The position numbers were made by a program, and so were the translations under genes. From Chiloscyllium plagiosum (Eukaryota), in assembly GCF_004010195.1 (NCBI RefSeq), contig NC_057751.1, positions 16,103,969-16,151,943 of the forward strand: 47,975 nucleotides of DNA, written 5' to 3'. The stretch's first letter is position 1, and each line of letters starts with the position of its first letter. A model generated the notes under the pieces. The model was not told the DNA's origin, did no database searches, and saw only the letters and a list, made by a program, of their open reading frames with translations. This document shows positions 23,871-35,414 of the stretch, piece by piece.

Positions 23871-24954
23871 TTTGATTCTGAGAACTGCCAATGATCGTGG
23901 TCAAATACAGAACAACCTTCACTGAATCCCAGATCAGCTCGCCAACATCAACACTCAAGAACACTTAAAACTCTTAAGTTGCTTTTGCAAGTCATGTCAA
24001 TTTAGCAGTGACATTTAGTGGGAAGGGGGAGAAAGTGAAATGATCTCATTCTGAACAATAGATTTGTTACTCTGCTGCTGGTGGTGATTCAGAGATCAGT
24101 GAGGGCTGGCAGTAAAGGCAACCACCCAGGTCGCTATTTTATTTTCTATTTGAGGCGACATGTTTAGTCTCATGTGCGGAGCAAATCACTGTCAGGTTTG
24201 TCTCTCCAAGTGCCACAGAAGCAATCAGGGAACTGCGAGACACGCACGTCATCAGCCACCATAAATATCACAAGTAGCTTCTTTCTCTTGGCTTTTCAAT
24301 TCCCCTCAGAAAAACACTTCCATACATTGTGACTCAACACTGTTTATGACAATGGTGAATCATCCCTGGGAATTGTTGGCCCCCGATGGACACGACAGGA
24401 CCCACAAGGCTTGGCCAAACACGTGGCTTGTCTCTGGATGGGCCCACTGGCAGCGTGTACCAATCGGCAATTTGACTGTGAGGTGAATCACCCACTGGCT
24501 GCAGGCTTGCGCCTTGTGACTACATCTCTACCCACAACATTGCACCTCTCCTCCTCCATCGCTGTCAGGTGAGCCATTGCACTGCGCTCCCTCCCCCAAC
24601 TTTTCATTTTTTCGAGTGGAGGCCAAGGATCCCAATGGCCCCCATTTTGAAAACAAGCGCTGGGGGGGGGGTGGGCACCGAGATTGGTCCCTCTCTCCAC
24701 ATTGCTGTCCTGTTTTTAACTGCATCGCTGACTGAGGGAGCCTGGGTGCACAAGTTGGCGGTGGCATTTCCCAAACTGCAGCAAATTCCCAAAAAGGTAT
24801 GCAGTGGGCTACAGAGAGACACAGGGATTTGGGAGCTTTGGCAACGCAAGTCTTTGGTTCCTTTGCTTCCCTTGTTCTGAAATGCCAGTGCAACATTACG
24901 AAGTCATCCCTCTTACTTCAGCTTCTCCTGACAGCAAGAGTGCCACTGCCAGAG

Positions 24955-25192
24955 AATCATAGAGTCACACAGCACAGAAACTGACTCTTCAGTCCAACTG
25001 GTTCATGCCAACCAGGTTTCCCAAACTAAATTAGTCCCATTTGCCAGCAATTGGCCCATCTCCCTCTAAACCCTTCCTATTCATGTAATCATCCAACTGC
25101 CTTTTAGATGTTGTCATTGTACCAGCCTCCACCACTTCCTCTGGCAGCTCATTCCATACACGCACCACCTTCTGTGTGAAAACGTTACCCCT
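24955..25192 (-). mobile_element. CR1 3' end
   Basis: catagagtca tail; cctccaccacttcctctggcagctcattcc. Confidence 0.88.
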
Positions 25193-25608
25193 TACTAGAG
25201 GACATAGGTTTCAGGTGAGAGGGGAAAGATACAGAAAGGTCTAGAGGGGCAGTCACTTCACACAGAGGGTGGTGAGTGTCCAGAACTGGCTGCCAGAAAT
25301 AGTGGTGGAAGCGAGTACAATTCTGTCATTGAAAAAAACATTTGGACAGATAAATGAATGGGATGGGTATGGAGTGATAAGGACCAAATGCAGGCAAATG
25401 GGACTAGATTAATTGTGAAAACTGCCTGCTGCGCTTTTCCAGCAACACATTTCCATCTCTGATCTCCAGCATCTGCAGACCTCACTTTCTCCATGGAGTG
25501 ATAAGGACCAAATGCAGGCAAATGGGACTAGATTAATTGTGAAAACTGGGCAGCATGGACAAGTTGGGCCGAAGGGTCTGTTTCCATACTGCAGACCTCC
25601 ATGACTCT
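25193..25608 (+). mobile_element. CR1 3' end, back-to-back with the previous one
   Basis: actagaggacataggttt...ccatgactct. Confidence 0.88.
25425..25492 (+). mobile_element. 68 bp 3' end of Penelope-like family A
   Basis: cctgctgcgcttttccagcaacac...cactttctcc between identical 56 bp direct repeats. Confidence 0.88.
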
Positions 25609-25868
25609 GTAAGTTACAAGATGATTCAGCAAGGGAGGAGGATATTTTTGTTCTAAAAATGATAATCCCACCGCAATGGTACACAGAATATTAAGGATAT
25701 TCCTTGAGATGACTGTGCATATCGAGGATGTGACAGGCTAATGATAGGCTCAGTGCATCTTCCGACAGCAATCTTTTGCTCAGTTCAGCAACAGATGTCA
25801 AACCTTTCCACTTGCAGAATTGTAGCAGTGCAGAAGGACGTTCCACATGTCAATCTGTCCAGGGCCGC

Positions 25869-26557
25869 TGTGATGATGCTGTTCCTTAAACAAGATTATG
25901 TTGACCTTGGTTAGTTTTCAAGAGGGGTCGTAAACACAGAGACTCCGGGAAGTTTGGTTTTTATGGATTTTAGGGCCAGTTTGATTATAACTATCAGATA
26001 CTGCCTCAGAGACTAAAGGCTTTCAAGTTAAATGAAAAACACTTGTACCGTGAAAAAGGAGTGGCCAGTTCTCCCAGCTCAGCTTTTCTCCAGTTTGGTT
26101 TGGTTTTACCAGTCTGGCTGTTCAGAACAAGCAGTCAGTCAGTTTTGAAGCTCCTGTCAAACAAACAGCGACACGGAGGAAGGCGTTCCATGTTGAATCT
26201 CTTTGCCATCTCTCCCTCTCTCTCTCTCCTGTAAGACCCTGTGTTTGATTTTACCTTTTTTGCCACAGGGTGTTTACGGGGATTGTTGGAACAGCATCGT
26301 TAAGTTGGGATAATCTGTTGGGTTTTCAGGTCGGTTGTTATTCTATTTTCTGTTCTCTTCTGTTTGTGTTTTATTTGGTAATCTTGCAAATAAATTCTGT
26401 TTTATTTAAAACTAAGTGGTTAGGCCAACTGCATCACTCCTGGAATATCCACTGTACACCTGCTTAAAACAAGGAGAAAAGTTAGGGTCCTTGCTACTTT
26501 CTTGAATTGTTTTGAAGTGGGGGGGGGGGGGGGGGGGGTCTGGCCTGGTCCATAACA
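25869..26557 (+). mobile_element. solo LTR (probably Gypsy-type)
   Basis: TGTGATG...CATAACA termini, AATAAA at 26389-26394, 4 bp TSD ccgc/ctgc (one CpG transition). Confidence 0.8.
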
Positions 26558-26629
26558 CTGCTCTCTGCCACTTTGCAGAGGAGCCTTGCAGGCTGTGCCA
26601 ACTGTTGTCCCTGCTATTGCCTCAGAATG

Positions 26630-27305
26630 AGTTCATCAGTTCAAATTCGGCCATTTGGCCCATCAAGTCTGCTCCGCCATTCGAACATGGCTAGTATGCT
26701 CCTCACCCCCCCATTTTCCTGCCATCTCCCCATATCCCTTCAACCCATTACCGATATAAAAAAATCTAACTCCTCAAATGTCCTCACTGTCCCAGCATCC
26801 ACCATACTTTGGGCTGAGCCAATTCCACAGATTCACAACCCTTTGGGAGAAGCAGGTTCCGCTCAACTGTGTTTTAAATTTGCCACCTCTTATCCTCAGA
26901 CGGTGACCTCTCATCCCAGAATGCCCCACAAGAGGAAGCATCCACTCCACATCTCTTTTATCCACACCTTTTATCATCCTGAATACCTCAATTCGATCTC
27001 ACCTCATTCTTCTAAATTCCACAGAGTGTAGGCCTAAACTGTTCAATCTCTCTGCATACGACAAACCCCTCATCTCTGGGGTCAATCTAGTGTACCTCCT
27101 CTGAACTGCCTCCAATACCACTACGTCTTTCCTCAAATAAGGGGACCAAAACTGTGCACAATACTCCAGGTCTCACAAATGGCTTCTATAACTGCAAGAA
27201 TACATCCTTCCCTTTACGTTCTATTCCTTTCACGAGAAAAGCCAACATTCCATTCACTTTCTTTGTTATCCAACTAACCTGCATGCTAGTTTTCTATGAT
27301 TCTTT
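26630..27305 (-). mobile_element. CR1/L2 LINE 3' fragment
   Basis: ORF 26774-26977 RGHRLRIRGGKFK...FSQRVVNLWN. Confidence 0.88.
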
Positions 27306-27799
27306 TGACCCCTTACTGTTTCCGGCAGACTGAAGAATGCAAGCATTCAGAGCGGAACAGGACCGCTTTCGGCCTGTCAATCTTACCACATCATTCCATG
27401 CCATCCTGGCTGATCAACTCCACTTCCCTGCCCACTCCCCATGTAGCCATCTTTCCCTGAGAGAGCAAATTTCTCCTCAACTTCAGTCCACAATAATTGG
27501 TCCCCTGACCCCGAGACCCCAGTGCTCTCAGAACTGCGCTCTCAGTCCAGCACCATAGAAAGCTGACAAATCCAAGTTATCCTTGCAGGCCTATGACGTC
27601 GAGCGGGCAGGCAGTGCACCTATCAGACAGTTACATGATATCATGGCATGGGAAGTTCTGGTGTAGAGGTGACCACCTTGCCTTCAGTCACCGTCTCAGT
27701 GCGTTGGGATCAGGGTGGTATATTCAGTCAGCCAGTCATGTGTATGTGATATAAAGTAGCATCAGTAAGTGTAGAATCCAGATCATGGATTAGTCTTGA

Positions 27800-28165
27800 G
27801 ACAGGGACCCGGGTTCGATTCCAACCTCAGGCAGTGGCTGTGTGGAGTTGGCACATTCTCCCTGTGTCTGCATGGGTTTCCTTTGGACGCTTCAGTTTCT
27901 TTCCACAGTCCAAAGATGTGCAATTTAAGTGGATTGGCCGTGTTAAATTGCCCCATGTTGTGCAGGAACCTGCAGGCTTGGTGGATTGGCCATGCTAAAT
28001 TTCCCCATAGTGTCCAGGGATGTGCAGACTAGGTTGATCAGCCATGGGAAATGCAGAGTTATAGGGATAGGGTGGGTCTGGATGGGATGCTCTTCAGAGG
28101 GTCAGTGTGGACTGGATGGGCCTACTGGTCTGCTTCCACACTATAGAGGACTCTGTGATTCTGTG
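27800..28165 (+). mobile_element. V-SINE (HE1-like), 5' end eroded
   Basis: gggttcgattcc B box, V-domain, internal duplication of gtggattggcc...aaatt. Confidence 0.85.
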
Positions 28166-28962
28166 GAATGCTGCTGGTTGTGCACGGAAAGGGGTCACAT
28201 TAGACTGGTGATATTTGCTTGACTTGTCAGGGCTGTCTTTCATGTTTGTTAGCAATGATCAGTCAAGAGATGAATATGTTGCTGTACATCACCGTGCTAT
28301 TGCTACAGTCTCCCACCACCATCACTGTGTGCAAGCAGCCTTCACACCAAACACACTGCATGTACTTTGACCGCATGGCCAGGTCTCCAAGCCCACAGGA
28401 AATGGCCCTCAGTCAGGCCACGGCCTTCAGTCAGGGCCTCCCGGCACAGTAGGGCAAGAGCAGTCTCCACTGTCAGTGCCAGGGGCTTGAGCATGGTCAG
28501 TTGGCGATCAGTGTCAGCGGTCCATACCTGTACAGTTCAAGATGGCGGAATGGTAGGTCGCAGGCCAGTCACACTTTTCACTGCATCCCCTGGATATATG
28601 TAACAACAAAATTATTCTTTCAATTCGGGGAGTGTGCCACAGACAGCCCTGAGACCTGTCAGTCAGAATATTGGATGGGTATCAGAAAGGCATCCTGTCA
28701 ATCATCTTTTAGGCCGAATGTTTCTGTCAGTCAAAGGAGTGGGCCACAATCAGTCCCAGTCACTAAAAGTCAAGCAGGGGTTATAAGGAGGTAAGAAGGA
28801 AGCTGGGGGCATGGTCTTCATTGTGGGGATTGGAGGCAGCATGCTTACGTAATGTTCTGGTCTGAAGGTATTTTCCTCACCATCAGTCACTCTCTCAGTG
28901 AATGGAGTCAGTGTAGTGTGTTCACACAGTCAGTTACATGGATGTAATGTTGAATAACATTG

Positions 28963-29220
28963 AGAAATATGGGAACCCGGACTACGTGGAAGTCTGGGGG
29001 GTGTTATAGTGAAATAAATGGTTTAGTATCATTAATAAATTTCAAGAAATCTGTCTCAACACGATCCCCAATCTTTGTGATATATAGATGATATAGAAAT
29101 ATGGGAACCCAATCTGTAGAAGTCTGGGGGGGTGTTATAGCGATGTAAATGGTTTAGTGTCATTAGTAAATTTCAAAAATCTGTCTCAGTACGATCCCCA
29201 ATCTTTGTGGTATATAGATG
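28963..29220 (+). repeat. tandem duplication, two copies, period 132 bp
   Basis: agaaatatgggaaccc...acgatccccaatctttgtg(a/g)tatatagatg at 28963-29090 and 29095-29220. Confidence 0.9.
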
Positions 29221-29319
29221 TATATATAGGGACAGATCTGTAGACCACATTGGCAGTAATGCCTGAGGTAGCAGAGGTGTGTGAGAGTGCATATATGTAT
29301 ATGTGCATATCGAGTCAAA

Positions 29320-29895
29320 GTTTGATTTGATTTATGGCAGTCACATGTGCCTAAATACAGTGAAAGGTTTTGTTTTGTGAGCAGTACAGGCAGATCATAG
29401 CAAACGAGAACATACAGATCATCGGATTCTTAGACAGAGCCAGGCACATGAGGTTACAGCTGCACAGGAGTTGCACAAAGCAGGATCAACATCATTTGAA
29501 GTTGGAGAGGTCCATTCAGCAGTCGAACAACGGCAGAGAAGAAGCTGTTCTTCAATCAGCTGGTGCGTGGTTTTCAGCTTCTGTGTCTTCTGCCTGAGGA
29601 AAGAGATCGGAAGAAAGCATTACGGGGAGGGAGAGGTCGTTGATGATGTTGGCAGCCTTTCCGCAGTAGTGAACAGTGTGGATGGAGGCTGGCTTCCACG
29701 ATGGTCTGCAACTCTGTAGTTTCTTACAGTCCTGGGTAGAGCAGTTGCCACACCAAGCCATGATGCATTGGATAGAATGCTTTCTGGGGTGCATGTGTAA
29801 AAGTTGATGATCTGTAAAGGTTCATGGACATGCCGAATTTCCTGAGCTGCCTGAGGAAGAAGAGGCGATGTTTTGCCTTCTTGACCATCGCGCAT
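29320..29895 (-). mobile_element. Rex1/Babar-like LINE 3' fragment
   Basis: NFYTCTPESILS / CIMAWCGNCSTQDCKKLQ resembles the Rex-Babar RT C-terminus. Confidence 0.8.
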
Positions 29896-30425
29896 GTGTG
29901 TGTGTTGACTTAAAGCTCTTGGGAGTTACTTTGCACTTCAGTGGCACTGCGTACTTTGCATTGTTAAATGCCTTGTGGCAACAGCAGCACACACTCTAAT
30001 TTTACAAGTGACAGGTCTTTCAGAATGCAGCTACATTCCGAATTCAATGGTCTGATGGAAATGCCGAACATTAACATAAAGCAATAGAAACCTAAGTGCA
30101 GGAAAAAGAAGGATAATGTTTCTCGCTTTTGTCACTACTGTTGTATTTTGTTTAGTCGTGACGTTGAAGTGGTTCTCGTTCCAAACAAAGTCCTTTTGAA
30201 TTCTCTGATGTGCTTTAAGACTGTTTAAGATGATTTATCTGAGTAGGACGGAGGAAGGAGGTCGTTTACAGGAGAATCTCTGTATCAATCAGCAATTCCC
30301 TATACATAGAATCCCTTTGTGGGGGTTTACAGATCAAGCATTCCCATCAGTGGCAATTGTTGCTGTGAATAATAATTTCTGTGCATGACATTTATAAAGT
30401 TCTCCTCCATCAAGACAAGGGAACT

Positions 30426-31125
30426 TAGAGTCATAGAGTCAAACAGCATGGAAACTGACCCTTCGGTCCAACCAGTCCATGCTGACAATTATCCCAAACT
30501 AAACTAGTCCCATCTGCCTGCTCTTGGCACATGTCTTTCCAAAAAATTCTTAATCCATGGACTTAACCAAATATCTTTTAAATGTTGTAACTGTACCCAA
30601 ATCCTCTGAACGTTCATTCCACACACAAACCACTCTTTGTGTAAACAATTTGCCCCTTGTGTCTTTTTTAAATCTTGCTCCTCTCACCTTGCCCCCTAGT
30701 CTTGAAATCCCCCACCCGAGGGAAAAGACACCTGGTATTCAGTTTATCTATGCCCCGCATGATTTTCTAAACCTCTTAGGTCGCTCCTCAACCTCCTACG
30801 CTCCAGAGAAAAAAGTCCCAGCGTAGCCAGTCTTTCCCTATAACTCGAAACCTTCCATTTCCGACAACATCTGGCAAATCTTTTCTGAACCCTCTCTAGC
30901 TCAGAAAAATCTTTTCTCTAACAGGGCGACCAGAACTGGACACAGTACTACAGAAGAGGCCTGACCAACACCCTGTACAACCTCAGCATGATGTCCCAAT
31001 TCATATACTCCAAGGTCTGAGCAATGAAGGCAAGCATGCGAAATACCTTCTCAACCATCCTGTCAATATGTGAAGCAAACGTCAAAGAATTATGTACCCG
31101 AGCCCCTAGGTCTCTCTGTTCTATA
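30426..31125 (-). mobile_element. CR1 LINE 3' fragment
   Basis: EQRDLGARVH...MLAFIAQ...LYRVLVRPLL; ttagagtcatagag tail. Confidence 0.92.
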
Positions 31126-31260
31126 ATGATTCCTGATTTCACAATGACCCTTTATCACAGAGGTCGACTGCGTTTTCAGACCCAGGGAACAGCGAAAAAA
31201 AAAGAAACAAAATCTATTAGAATGTGTGAGTTAAAAATTGAGCATTAATACAGTCAAATA

Positions 31261-31480
31261 CAGGTCATTCTGCTGTAATGCATGTTTCATTCACAGGAAT
31301 TTGCTATCACGCGATTGACAAATTGGGAACACCGTTTCGGAAGCGTGGACTTTTAAAACATATGTTGGGTGTGACGCAATTACATTGCCAACACTTTAAG
31401 CGCTGTTTCTACAGCGCGGTTTTTTCTATAATGCAGGGTTGCACAAAAACACAACCTCTGCATTACAGAATAACCGACTG
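31261..31480. mobile_element. Tigger/pogo-like MITE, 220 bp
   Basis: TA flanks; imperfect TIRs caggtcattctgctgtaatgca / tgcattacagaataaccgactg. Confidence 0.7.
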
Positions 31481-31599
31481 TAATCACCAAGTGTCTCCAG
31501 TACTTGCATACATCATAAGTAAAGTCCAAGCATTGAGTGTGGCTTGTAATGGGGAAAGAATTAAATATGAGATGACTCTATGACTAAAAACAAAAAAAA

Positions 31600-33060
31600 A
31601 CACAGAGCAGGAGTAGGCCAATCAACTCCTGGGTTCTGCCCCACTGTTTAATAAGATAGTGGCTGATTGACTTGTCATCTCAAATCCCTGATAACCTTTC
31701 ACCTCCCTTGTCTTAGCAAGAATCTATTAACCTCAGCCTTGAAAATATTCAGAGATTCTGCTTCTACCTTTTCAGTTCCAAAGGTTCGCGAGGGAAAAAA
31801 AATAGTTGTCCCTGTTTTAAAGCTTTGCAAACAGTGACCTCTAGTTCCAGATTCTCCCACAAGAGGAGACATCCTTTCCACATCCTCCTGGTCAAGCAAG
31901 ATCTTATATTTTTCAAGCAAGTCATCTCTCATTCTTCTAAACACAAGCCTAGCCAGTTCCTCCTAAGATACCTTACCCGCCAGTTGTTAGTCTGGTCTGA
32001 ACTGCTTATAACATATTTATATCCTTTCTTCAACAGGGAGACTGGTACTGTGCATAATACTCCTCATGGCAAAATTGTCCATAGTGTTCGGTGAGGTGTA
32101 TTAATCATGGGAACTCTAGAGTAATGGGGTTGGGGAATGGGTTTGGGTGGGGTACTCTACGGAGGGTCAGTATGGACTTGTTGGGCCTAATGGCCTGTTT
32201 CCACACCGTAGGGATTCTATGGTTCTGTGATGTGGTCTCGCCAATGCCCTGCATTTTGGAATATCCTTTAAATGTCGACCACCGCATGTCTTCTGAGCCA
32301 TCCTTAAACCTAATTTGCCAACTCACTTTAGCCAGGTCGGCTCTCACACCCTCATGGTTGTCCTTATTTAAGTTCGGAATACTACATAAGAACATAAGAG
32401 CAGGAGTAGCCCATCTGGCCCCTCAAGCCTGCTCTGCCATTCAATAAGATCATGACAGATCTTTTCATGGACTCAGCTCCACATGCCCAGTTGCTCACTT
32501 CAATCCTTGCTTCCTTCACTGGTGAAAAATCTATCTATCTTTGTCTTAAAACATTTAAGGAGGTAGCCTCAACTACTTCACAGGGCAGGGAATTCCACAG
32601 ATTCACAATTCTTTGGGTGAAGAAGTTTCTCCTCAACTCAGTCCTAAATCTGCCCCCCCGAAATTTGAGGCAATGGCCCCTAATTCCAGTTTCGCCCACC
32701 AGTGGAAACTACCTCCCTGCATCTATTTTATCTATTTCCTTCATAATTTTTGTGTTTCTAAAAGGTCCTCCCCTCACTGTTCTGAATTCCAATGGGTATA
32801 GTCCCTGTCCATTCAATCTCTCCTCATCAGCCCACCCTCGTAACTCCGGAATCAACCTCATGAACCTCCTCTGCACTCCCTCTAGTGCCAGTCCATCCTT
32901 TCTAAAGTAAGGAGACCAAAACTGCACACAGTACTCCAAGTATGGCCTCACCAGCACACTGTAGAGCTGCAGAATAACCTCCCTGATTTTAAATTCCATT
33001 CCTCAAACAATGAAGGACAATATTTAATTTGTCTTCTGAATTATCTGCTGCACCTGCTTC
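31600..33060 (-). mobile_element. cluster of CR1/L2 LINE fragments (31600-32065, 32255-32375, 32385-33060) plus a partial V-SINE (~32065-32230, +)
   Basis: ORFs 31699-31944, 32105-32395 and 32709-32999 (LVRPYLEYCVQFWSP). Confidence 0.85.
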
Positions 33061-33071
33061 TTGTGTTTCTT

Positions 33072-33390
33072 TAGATTAGATTCCCTGTGGTGTGGAAACA
33101 GGCCCTTCAGCCCAACAAGTCCACACCGACCCTCCGAAGAGTAACCCACCCAGACCCATTTCCCCCTGACTGACGTACCTAACACTTTGGGCAATTTAGC
33201 ACGGCCAATTTACCTAACCTGCACATCCTTGGACTGTGGGAGGAAACCGGAGCACCCGGAGGAAACCTGCACAGACATGGGGGGAGAATGTGCAAACTCC
33301 ACACAGACAGTTGCCCGAGGCTGGAATCAAACCTGGGACCCTGGTGCTGTGAGGCAGTAGTGCTAACCACTGAGCCACTGTGCCGCCCAC
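33072..33390 (-). mobile_element. full-length V-SINE (HE1-like)
   Basis: minus strand gggcggcacagtggctcagtggttagc...ggtttgattcc...ctaatctaa tail. Confidence 0.92.
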
Positions 33391-33394
33391 TACT

Positions 33395-33985
33395 TGATGA
33401 TACGAAGTTAGGTGGACAGGCAGGTAGTACTGAGGAAGTGGGGAGGCTACAGAAGGATCTAGACAGGTTGGGAGAGTGGTCCAGGAAATGGCTGATGGAA
33501 TTTAACGTGAGCAAGTGCGAGGTCTTGCACTTTGGCAAAAAGAATAAAAGCATAGACTACTCTCTAAATGGTGAGAAAATTAATAAAGCCAAAGCACAAA
33601 GGGATCTGGGAGTCCTAGTCGAGGATTCTCTAAAGGTAAACATGCAGGTTGAGTCCGTGATAAAGAAAGCGAATGCAAGAGACTTACAAAATAATACATG
33701 GCTTGGAAAAGGTGGATGCTCGGAAATTGTTTCCGTTAGACGAGGAGACTAGGGCCCGTGGACACAGCCTTAGAATTAGAGGGGGTCATTTCAGAACAGA
33801 AATGCGGAGACATTTCTTCAGCCAGAGAGTGGTGGGCCTGTGGAATTCATTGCCACGGAGTGCAGTGGAAGCCGGGACGCTGAATGTCTTTAAGGCCGAG
33901 ATTGATAGATTCTTGTTGTCACAAGGAATTAAGGGCTACAGGGAGAACGCTGGTAAGTGGAGCTGAAATGCGCATCAGCCATGAT
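33395..33985 (+). mobile_element. CR1 LINE fragment with internal deletion
   Basis: DDTKLGG...LQKDLDRLGEW...KCEVLHFG then FFSQRVVGLWNSLP. Confidence 0.9.
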
Positions 33986-34126
33986 TGAATTTCACATTCA
34001 GTTTAAGGAAGAAAAGAGTGGTCCATGTTTATAAGACCATAAGACCAGAAGACATAGGAGTGGAAGTAAGGCCATTCGGCCCATCGAGTAAGTATGGTGG
34101 ACTGTCACTTCATATCAAGAATATTC

Positions 34127-34154
34127 CTGATGAAGGGCTTATGTCCGAAACGTC
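34127..34154 (+). ncRNA. minimal hammerhead core in a family A copy (34122-34215)
   Basis: CUGAUGA-A-GGGC-uuau-GUCC-GAA-ACGU-C. Confidence 0.62.
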
Positions 34155-34237
34155 GACTCTCCTGCTCCTTGGATGTTGCCTGACCTGCTGTGCTTTTCCA
34201 GCACCACACTCTCAATTCAAAATAAACGTAGCTGAAT

Positions 34238-34478
34238 TATAGTCATACAGCACGGAAACAGACCTTGCCCCAACCAATCCATGCTGACCATAATCCCAAA
34301 CTAAACTAGTCCCACCTGCCTGGACCTGGCCCATATCCCTCCAAACCTTTCCTATTCATGTACTTAACCATATTTCTTTTAAACATTGTAATCATACCCA
34401 CATCCACCACTTCCTCTGGAAGTTCATTCCACATGCGAACCGCCCTTTGTGTAAAAAAAATTGCCCCTCATGTCTTTG
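34238..34478 (-). mobile_element. CR1 3' end
   Basis: tagtcatacagcacggaaacagacc...caccacttcctctgg. Confidence 0.85.
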
Positions 34479-34621
34479 AGGAGAAAGTGAGGGCTGCAGA
34501 TGCTGGAGATCAGAGCTGAAAATGTGTTTCTGGAAAAGTGCAGCAGGTCAGGCAGCATCCAAGGAGCAGGAGAGTCGACGTTTCGGACATCCTGTTCCTT
34601 GGATGTTGCCTGACCTGCTGC
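34479..34621 (-). mobile_element. Penelope-like family A copy with short inverted arm
   Basis: 16 bp TSD gcccctcatgtctttg at 34463-34478 and 34622-34637; ~34590-34621 is inverted. Confidence 0.88.
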
Positions 34622-35414
34622 GCCCCTCATGTCTTTGGGCAACTTTGACAATTTTAACATGAAATTAAGACCATTTTTGCAGCTATTGATTTTGGAGATA
34701 ACAATTTAACTTATGGGGGCACATTCAGATGAATTTGATAGCTCAGCTGTGTTAGATACATTAGTAGTTTCTTGTGTCAGTTAGGCCAAAGCCTTAAACA
34801 GCAACTTTATTGAGGAGGTGCTCACTCTCCAGGTAGCTTTGACAGAGAAGGCTGTTTGGCGCCCAAAATGGCCGATGATGTTAACATTATGTAACGTCTT
34901 TGGATTCTGAAAGTGACAGTCCACCATACTTACTCAGACAACAGCCACAAAATCCATTCTTCAAAGCAAAGGCAAAAGCTGTGCTTGTGTAGCTATACTA
35001 CTCAAAAAAGCGTTTATCATTGAAATAATTATTCAGAACGGCAACGCAATGATTAGCTTTTCACTGCTGGCATGTTCTCTCAGGGAGTCTGGGTTTCTGT
35101 GGCAACAGATGCCTGGGTTGAAGGATTTAACTACATTTGACCGACAGATTTTACATTTAGGATTAGGCATTGGAACAATTTGTTTGAAAATATTACCGAA
35201 GCTGACTTTAGGTCATTAAGTCCTTTAAACAAATATCAGACTATTTCGGAATAAAAATGCTCGAGAATGTTTAATTATTGATGCTTTCAGATGGTGATCC
35301 TCCACTTTATTCTCCCCTCCTTTGGTCAGGGCAGATATCCATCTCCTTCTGTTATCCAAATAGAGGGTTCCTCACACGTGCATGAGCCAAAATCACCCTG
35401 AAAATCATCAAAAT

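Noticed and set aside
28380..28530. Harbinger Myb/SANT-like peptide LKPLALTVETALALLCREALTEG on the minus strand
   Set aside because: Too short, flanked by stops, and no Trp-repeat domain or transposase nearby
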